Virus record (IMG/VR): IMGVR_UViG_3300031951_000046
Source: an uncultured virus (IMG/VR IMGVR_UViG_3300031951_000046)
Taxonomy: Duplodnaviria; Heunggongvirae; Uroviricota; Caudoviricetes
Direction: 5' to 3' (one strand)
DNA length: 64,000 nucleotides
Shown here one piece after another: positions 58,382 through 64,000 of the stretch. Each line of letters starts with the position of its first letter. Positions within the stretch are counted from its first letter, which is position 1. The position numbers were made by a program, and so were the translations under genes. The notes beneath the pieces are model-generated. The model saw only the letters and a program-made list of their open reading frames with translations. It had not been told where the DNA came from and made no database searches.

Positions 58382-58774
58382 ATGTTGAACAAGTACTACG
58401 ATTCGATGCTGAAGACCCCGACTCTCTTCGACACCCTTCGTACACTAGAGGACCTTTACTCGACCCCCTACACGACACGAACGAGAGTACATACAAGCTC
58501 CTCTGTGTACAGGACTGAAGAGAAGGACAATGAACTTCATCTCTCCGTTGATTTACCAGGAGTCAAGTCAAAAGATCTTTCCGTTCAGGCAACGGGGAGA
58601 GACATTAAAGTGACAGGAAAACTTCGGGGCGAAGAATTTAAGTACTCATATGTCCTTTCAAGGGACTACGATCCAGAAACTGTCACAGCGACACACGAAG
58701 ACGGTGTTTTGACATTAACTTTTGGTAAAACTACTGTTGCAAAGACAAGAACAATAGAAATTAAGACGAGATAA
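58382..58774 (+). CDS. Small heat shock protein (Hsp20/alpha-crystallin)
   Basis: VDLPGVK..DL.V..A.HEDGVLTL. Confidence 0.85.
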   Translation: MLNKYYDSMLKTPTLFDTLRTLEDLYSTPYTTRTRVHTSSSVYRTEEKDNELHLSVDLPGVKSKDLSVQATGRDIKVTGKLRGEEFKYSYVLSRDYDPETVTATHEDGVLTLTFGKTTVAKTRTIEIKTR

Positions 58775-58802
58775 ATAGACAGAGCAGATTAATCACTTCC
58801 TT

Positions 58803-58837
58803 ACGGCAGAAATGAAAATTTCTGCCGTTTTTCTTTT
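58803..58837 (+). terminator. Rho-independent terminator
   Basis: ACGGCAGAAAT-gaaa-ATTTCTGCCGT followed by a T-rich tract. Confidence 0.8.
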
Positions 58838-58860
58838 GTGTTATAATTAATGAAAGCGTC

Positions 58861-60591
58861 ATGTCAAAAAAACCCGTGCACTCAGATCTTAACAAGCTTG
58901 TGATAGAACAAAAAATTCAAGAGAGAATTCTAGCTGAATCTACTGCATTACTGATAATGGAAGTTTTAGATGCAGAAGATTTAAAAAAAGCTACGCGTGT
59001 TCTCGATAGGCTAGCATCTATAGAAAAGATAGCTTTGTCTGATCCAAATCTTAAAGATTCACTCGGAGCAGCAATCACCGACGCGCGCAACGATGTCAAT
59101 GATTTTACTGGTGGCGGCATGGGTTCTTTGTTAAAAAAAGGAGCCACGGCGATTGCACAAAAATTTGGAGCAAAGGCAGGAAAAAACCCTATTCTAAAGG
59201 CTACCATGCTGCTAAACGCGCTCGAGACAGGTCTCAAAGATGCTGCAAGCGTTATTAAAAACAATGCCCCTAACTTCGATGAAAAGTCTGATCAGCCTCT
59301 CATGAAGCAGCTTGATGACAATGGTATCAAGAATGTTCAAAAGAACTTAAAAAAGGCTTTCGTTCCAGAAGGAGTCTTTGCAAATCTAAAATCTTTCTTT
59401 GGTGCTTCCAGCGGAGGAATGCCTTACGTCAACAGCATAGAAACGCTTGTTGACGACATCATGATGATGCCAGCACCGAAGCTTGTTCAATTGATAAGGA
59501 CAGTCACATCAAATCCTGTTTCAAGCGAAATACAGGACTCAGTCAAAGACATGATGGGCTCTGCTGCCAAGACATCTTCGACAGCTGACACAAGTGCCAA
59601 ACCAGTTACATCGCTTGATGCGTTAGCATCTGCTGTTGCTGCCGGCAGATCCGAAGAAAAAGGAGTCGATCCCAGCGCAGCAGCTGAGAAGGCAAAAGAA
59701 AATCCAAAAGCTTTGGTGAAAGACTTTGTGAAGTATGTTCAGGATAAGTCGCAGCAAGATGAAAAGACTGTTTCAAGAGTTCTTTCTGCTCTTTTAAAGA
59801 AGGGCAAGCTAAGATCTTCATTTTCTGTTGCTGAATCTACCCAAAGAAAATCAAACATTTATACGCTAACAATGAAAGACGTGATTGATGCACAGATGGC
59901 GCTCATTCATTCGAAAGGATCGACACGTCAATGGGTAAAAAATCTCTTAGAGATGGAAGTACCAGAAGAAGTCAAGAATGCGCTACAAAACAACAAGGAT
60001 GGCAAAGAATTCATTCAAAAGATAGAGAAGGATGAATCTCCTGCTGAGGGTGAAGTCATAGCACTAAAAAACATCGTTAAGAATCTAAAGCTTTCAAAAG
60101 AGCCTGAGAACCTTAACAAGGAAATAGACGCTATTGTAGACAAAGTTAAGAAGTCTGGTGAAGAAAATAAGAAGAAGTCGGAATTTAAAAAGAAGGTCGA
60201 TGACAGCAAGTCAATAGAGGACATTGTCGACATACTAGACGAAATGGATCCTGACGGCAAGAAAATGATAGGGGACACATCAGTTGATCTCATCATAAAA
60301 ATCTTGAATCAAGCAGAAAGCAATTTTACTTCTTCGAAGTCCTCCAAAGACAAGAAAGATGCGATTAGAGGCCTGAAGAGAATACCCGCTGAGATTGATT
60401 TTGTTAAGCTAAAAGCAAGAGACCTGCTTATTAACACTTCCAAAGACAGCGGCGGCAAGCACGCCAATCTAATCAAGACAATTCAAGACGATCTCGAAGG
60501 GATTGACACAAAGTCTATCGAGGCCATTCTGGACGCCCTCCCAGACTACCTCAAGCTAGAATCGAAAAAGCATACTAAGAATGTAATATAG
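58861..60591 (+). CDS. Large K/D/E-rich hypothetical protein
   Basis: 576-aa ORF, helical and charged; ATAATTA upstream. Confidence 0.7.
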   Translation: MSKKPVHSDLNKLVIEQKIQERILAESTALLIMEVLDAEDLKKATRVLDRLASIEKIALSDPNLKDSLGAAITDARNDVNDFTGGGMGSLLKKGATAIAQKFGAKAGKNPILKATMLLNALETGLKDAASVIKNNAPNFDEKSDQPLMKQLDDNGIKNVQKNLKKAFVPEGVFANLKSFFGASSGGMPYVNSIETLVDDIMMMPAPKLVQLIRTVTSNPVSSEIQDSVKDMMGSAAKTSSTADTSAKPVTSLDALASAVAAGRSEEKGVDPSAAAEKAKENPKALVKDFVKYVQDKSQQDEKTVSRVLSALLKKGKLRSSFSVAESTQRKSNIYTLTMKDVIDAQMALIHSKGSTRQWVKNLLEMEVPEEVKNALQNNKDGKEFIQKIEKDESPAEGEVIALKNIVKNLKLSKEPENLNKEIDAIVDKVKKSGEENKKKSEFKKKVDDSKSIEDIVDILDEMDPDGKKMIGDTSVDLIIKILNQAESNFTSSKSSKDKKDAIRGLKRIPAEIDFVKLKARDLLINTSKDSGGKHANLIKTIQDDLEGIDTKSIEAILDALPDYLKLESKKHTKNVI

Positions 60592-60618
60592 CTGAAATTA
60601 GTACTATACTCATGAATC

Positions 60619-61047
60619 ATGAGTCCCGATAAAGAGAAGCAGCTTTTTCAGAAATACCCAAAGATTTTTATCAATCTAAAGTACACAGAGTGCGGTGATG
60701 GCTGGTACGACATCATCGACTCTCTCTGCGCAGTCCTTCAGAACGAGGCGTATAACGTCATTTACAGGCTCCCTGAGGAAGAGAAAGAGGCCGCACAGCC
60801 TCTCGCCGCTCAGGTGAAGGAGAAGTTCGGTGGCCTTCGCTTCTACATCTATGGTGGCAACGAAGAGATGTGGGGTGCCATCCGAATGGCCGAGGCAATG
60901 TCTCACAAGATCTGTGAGGACTGTGGAGTGCCCGGTCATAAGCAACCAGGTGGGTGGATCCGCACCCTCTGTGATCCTTGCCAGGAGAAGAGACTCACTC
61001 GCAAGTTGAACACTGACGAGCTAATTGATAAGATTAGAGCAACATGA
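60619..61047 (+). CDS. Hypothetical phage protein with C-terminal Cys cluster
   Basis: ECGDGWYDII..QVKEKFGGLRFY..CEDCG.PG..GWIRTLC..C. Confidence 0.7.
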   Translation: MSPDKEKQLFQKYPKIFINLKYTECGDGWYDIIDSLCAVLQNEAYNVIYRLPEEEKEAAQPLAAQVKEKFGGLRFYIYGGNEEMWGAIRMAEAMSHKICEDCGVPGHKQPGGWIRTLCDPCQEKRLTRKLNTDELIDKIRAT

Positions 61048-61829
61048 AGATTGAGAAATTCGAAGACGGCCTGGCGATCTGTGGCGACTGCACCTCACAA
61101 GAGGTGATCGATGAGATCAAGAACGTTCTCGGCGATTCCAAACTGAAGGCAGTCGTCACGGATCCTCCTTACGGCAACATCATCGATGAGGAGTGGGACA
61201 AGTGGCACGACGGACAGAAAAAGTTCGTAAATTGGATGGTGGAATGGACCAACACATTCTCCGATTTAATCATGGACGGTGGTGCCATGTACGTGTGGGG
61301 TGGATACGGTATTCCGGGTTTCCGCCCTTTCTTTGAGTATGCACACCGCGTTGAGTACGAAACGCCCATGCGAATCTCCAACCTCATCACTTGGCACAAG
61401 AAGCGGGCCTACGGAGTACAACACAACTATCTCTCCACCCGTGAGGAAGTTCTGTACATGGTGAAGGGTAACATCAAGAAGCCTGCTACCTTCAATGTTC
61501 CCTACCTCGACACGAAGCGAGGATATGCTGGTTACAACGCCAAGTATCCCGCTAAGAGCGAGTTCTACAGGCGCACAAACGTCTGGACAGATATCACTGA
61601 GATCTTTTCAGGAAAGGTGCATCCCACTCAGAAACCACTCCAGGTTTTTGAGATCCCTATCCTCGCAAACACCAATGAGGGTGACTGGATCATGGATCCC
61701 TTTGGTGGATCCATGACAGCTGCTTATGCAGCTCAAGGCCTGAAGCGTAACTGGATATGCATAGAGAAAGATGAAAAGATTTTTGATGATGCAGTAGAAA
61801 ACTTGAGGACCGTGAAAAGAAAGCGATGA
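61044..61829 (+). CDS. DNA N6-adenine/N4-cytosine methyltransferase (beta-class motif order)
   Basis: VTDPPY; HPTQKP; DPFGGS; I.IEKD. Confidence 0.88.
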   Translation: MKIEKFEDGLAICGDCTSQEVIDEIKNVLGDSKLKAVVTDPPYGNIIDEEWDKWHDGQKKFVNWMVEWTNTFSDLIMDGGAMYVWGGYGIPGFRPFFEYAHRVEYETPMRISNLITWHKKRAYGVQHNYLSTREEVLYMVKGNIKKPATFNVPYLDTKRGYAGYNAKYPAKSEFYRRTNVWTDITEIFSGKVHPTQKPLQVFEIPILANTNEGDWIMDPFGGSMTAAYAAQGLKRNWICIEKDEKIFDDAVENLRTVKRKR

Positions 61830-61891
61830 GGGCCTCGATGCCGATCAGCGGAAAGATATTTACATCAAAGCCGCCGATCTTAGGAGCTGAA

Positions 61892-62431
61892 ATGAAAAGA
61901 AACGTTCTCCTACTCAATGCTGATTGGACACCACTTAACTTCGTATCGTCTATTCGTGCTCTCAATCTGCTGTTTAAATGCAGGGCTGAGGTAATTACGG
62001 TGGGAGAATCTCCTAGCGCGTGGGATGATGTCTACACGACTCCCGGTAGTGCCTATAGGGTTCCTGCTACCGTTCGGCTCTTCGAACGGGTGACACGCAA
62101 GTACTCTACTCCACGTTTTAGAAAAAGAGTCTTATTTAACCGTGATAACTGGCAATGTCAATATTGCGGAATAAATCTGGACTACAAGACCATCACGATC
62201 GACCACGTGCTTCCGCGTTCTAAAGGCGGAACTACAGACTGGAAGAACTGTGTTTCTGCTTGTAAAAAGTGCAATATTAGAAAAGGATCGAGACTTCTTT
62301 CTGAGTCTGGGATGCATTTGAGGAAGCCGCCTTCTATCCCGTTAATGACTCATTTCTGGGATGTGAGTCCTACTGGAACTTGGCACCCTGACTGGTCTTC
62401 TTTCTTTCAGTTTAATAGTTACTATTCATGA
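61892..62431 (+). CDS. HNH endonuclease
   Basis: VLLLNA..PL; RD..CQYCG; TIDHVLPRSKGG..W.N.V.AC..CN..KG; AGGAG before ATG 61892. Confidence 0.88.
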   Translation: MKRNVLLLNADWTPLNFVSSIRALNLLFKCRAEVITVGESPSAWDDVYTTPGSAYRVPATVRLFERVTRKYSTPRFRKRVLFNRDNWQCQYCGINLDYKTITIDHVLPRSKGGTTDWKNCVSACKKCNIRKGSRLLSESGMHLRKPPSIPLMTHFWDVSPTGTWHPDWSSFFQFNSYYS

Positions 62432-62616
62432 AGATTACTCTAGGACAGCTGCGAGAGATTGTTAGAAAGGCTATTAGTGGTTCACAGCCTGAAGAATCCT
62501 ATACGGAAGAACTTCTAGACGATCCTGCATTTAAGAAAAAGAGCGTTCTTGTGAGAGACGACGCCAAGAAAAAGATAGCTTCGTGGGCCAAAGACATGAA
62601 GTTGTCCACTAAATAG
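62428..62616 (+). CDS. Small hypothetical protein
   Basis: MKITLGQLREIVRKAI; ATAGTTA 6 nt upstream. Confidence 0.6.
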   Translation: MKITLGQLREIVRKAISGSQPEESYTEELLDDPAFKKKSVLVRDDAKKKIASWAKDMKLSTK

Positions 62617-62666
62617 CGTATGATTTCATTTGCGCTTAATACTTAGAAACTAGGAGTCTTTTCAAT

Positions 62667-63812
62667 ATGGATCTGAAGCTTGAAGAGCTGCAGCGAGTAG
62701 CAAAGATAACGATAAAAGAAGAACAGAAGAATTCAGCAATTCGCGACGAGCTCTTTCGCGTTTTTGGCCCTCCCGTCATGGTCTCCAAAAGTTGCGAGAG
62801 AGTCGCGGAAGCTGCAAATGAACAGCTGGATTTTTTTGAATCAACGGGTCAGACGGACTACAAGTCTGCAAAAACGTCTATCTTGGTGGAAGCTTTAATG
62901 AGCAAGCACTCAGAAGTAAGAAAGCTTGCAGCTAGATTGCTTCCAATAAGACTTGCTGAGAGACTTCTCAGTGATCCTTCTTCTTCAGTAAGATGTGCAG
63001 TAGCAAAACGCCTTCCTTACGGATCTTTAAAAGAGTCTATCAGGAAGTTCCCTAATGATGATCAGCTATTGACAATAGTGAAACAAAAGAGGCTACAAGA
63101 ATCAGGTCTCCCAAACGTCAAACCTGTTGAAGAACCATTTGACATGTATGGAGAAGAGCCACTTGGAGATGCAGTCAAGACCCGCAGCACAGGTAAAGAC
63201 TTACCAGATAGCTGGTACGAAAGACTTGCAAGCAAGCTTTGTAAAGAATACGGCGGTAATATCGAAGGAAATTGGGAAGAGACGGTCGCGACACGAGTAG
63301 TTGCCAGCCATTACTCTACTACAGGAGTTAAGTTGGACAGGGAGAAACTTCTCAAATGCATTTATGACTGCATAAAAGCTCGTGAAGAGGAAGTTCTCGG
63401 AGAGGGGTCGCTCAAGGCTATAGCAGCCCGCTTGCTTCGTGAATCTCACCTCGACGATGCAGTCTTGCCTGTCATTGAAGACAGAAATGATCCTGCGGCC
63501 GACCTGGTAGAATCCAGTCTTTCCAATTCTCAGTACATCGAAGAAGCTGAGAAGGTCTTCAGCATTCGTAAGGCCTCTGTTCCAGCTGGCATCAAGAAGT
63601 ATCGCCTCGGTGAGGGCAACCACAAGGAGACGCTCATTCCTGTAAATGCGAAAGTCCCTGGTGGTAAGATGACTGTCACGGCTGAGAACGCTCTCGATCG
63701 TTACGTAGACTCTTGGAACAAGCGTCAGGCACTCGAGGGAGAGCCCTACCGTCTCTCGTGGGGACCAGGAGCTGCCCTCGATTCAGTCAGCTTTAACCTT
63801 ACTTTGAAGTGA
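62667..63812 (+). CDS. Hypothetical protein with short LRV/HEAT-like repeats
   Basis: EVRKLAARLLP / LLSDPSSSVRCAVAKRLP repeats; AGGAG and ATACTTA upstream. Confidence 0.6.
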   Translation: MDLKLEELQRVAKITIKEEQKNSAIRDELFRVFGPPVMVSKSCERVAEAANEQLDFFESTGQTDYKSAKTSILVEALMSKHSEVRKLAARLLPIRLAERLLSDPSSSVRCAVAKRLPYGSLKESIRKFPNDDQLLTIVKQKRLQESGLPNVKPVEEPFDMYGEEPLGDAVKTRSTGKDLPDSWYERLASKLCKEYGGNIEGNWEETVATRVVASHYSTTGVKLDREKLLKCIYDCIKAREEEVLGEGSLKAIAARLLRESHLDDAVLPVIEDRNDPAADLVESSLSNSQYIEEAEKVFSIRKASVPAGIKKYRLGEGNHKETLIPVNAKVPGGKMTVTAENALDRYVDSWNKRQALEGEPYRLSWGPGAALDSVSFNLTLK

Positions 63813-63819
63813 GAATGTA

Positions 63820-64000
63820 ATGAAGAGAAGACTCGTAGAAACTCTTGAAATGGCTCTCGTAGTGGAGCCCAATCTTGGAATTGTTACCGACAACATGGTT
63901 GCTGAATGGGGAGGAGTTCCCTACCCAGAACTCTCTGTGCTCCTCGCAAACCTCAAGTTCCTCGCATCTGTGCACCAGAACCACCACTGGACGACAAAAG
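63820..64000 (+). CDS. Dps/ferritin-like protein (3' truncated by window edge)
   Basis: Manual translation MKRRLVE..LSVLLANLKFLASVHQNHHWTTK resembles the Dps helix-1 H-W motif; partial only. Confidence 0.5.
   Translation, partial: MKRRLVETLEMALVVEPNLGIVTDNMVAEWGGVPYPELSVLLANLKFLASVHQNHHWTTK

Noticed and set aside
61044..62431. Restriction-modification pair (MTase + HNH)
   Set aside because: The likely HNH start is 61892 with its own RBS, and it resembles a widespread stand-alone HNH type; adjacency alone is insufficient.

Overview
A 64 kb segment of a large lytic myovirus-type (T4-superfamily-like, probably jumbo) bacteriophage genome in the standard genetic code. No rRNA, tRNA, CRISPR array, integrase or reverse transcriptase was seen. 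Layout: 1-15 kb is a variable region of tail-fibre/adhesin genes (arrays of small paralogues with chaperones, a 1235-aa repeat fibre, a patatin-like phospholipase, four tandem LamG-like genes). 15-44.5 kb is the neck/tail/baseplate module: gp13/14/15-like genes, two tandem ~1000-aa sheath paralogues, a tail tube gene flanked by two free-standing homing endonucleases, an inverted Gly-rich cassette, gp26/gp51-like chaperone ORFs, tape measure and baseplate genes. 44.5-64 kb covers replication, recombination and nucleotide metabolism: minimal family-A polymerase, HD protein, gp32-like SSB, RecA/UvsX, dUTPase, actin-like ATPase, 5'-3' exonuclease, DnaB-like helicase, class II RNR, ThyX, dTMP kinase, Hsp20, DNA MTase, HNH and a partial Dps-like gene. 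Best leads: (i) a phage actin-like protein with an adjacent membrane-anchored partner; (ii) a probable programmed +1 frameshift (TTT-CTT-TGG) in the tail chaperone; (iii) adhesin cassettes sharing an N-terminal tag and nucleotide-identical ends; (iv) a Pol I apparently split into three genes; (v) an ATANTTA late-promoter-like motif that also marks scattered putative head-internal proteins; (vi) strand-symmetric GAC/GTC depletion in parts of the fibre region. All calls come from reading motifs by eye; no database search was run.
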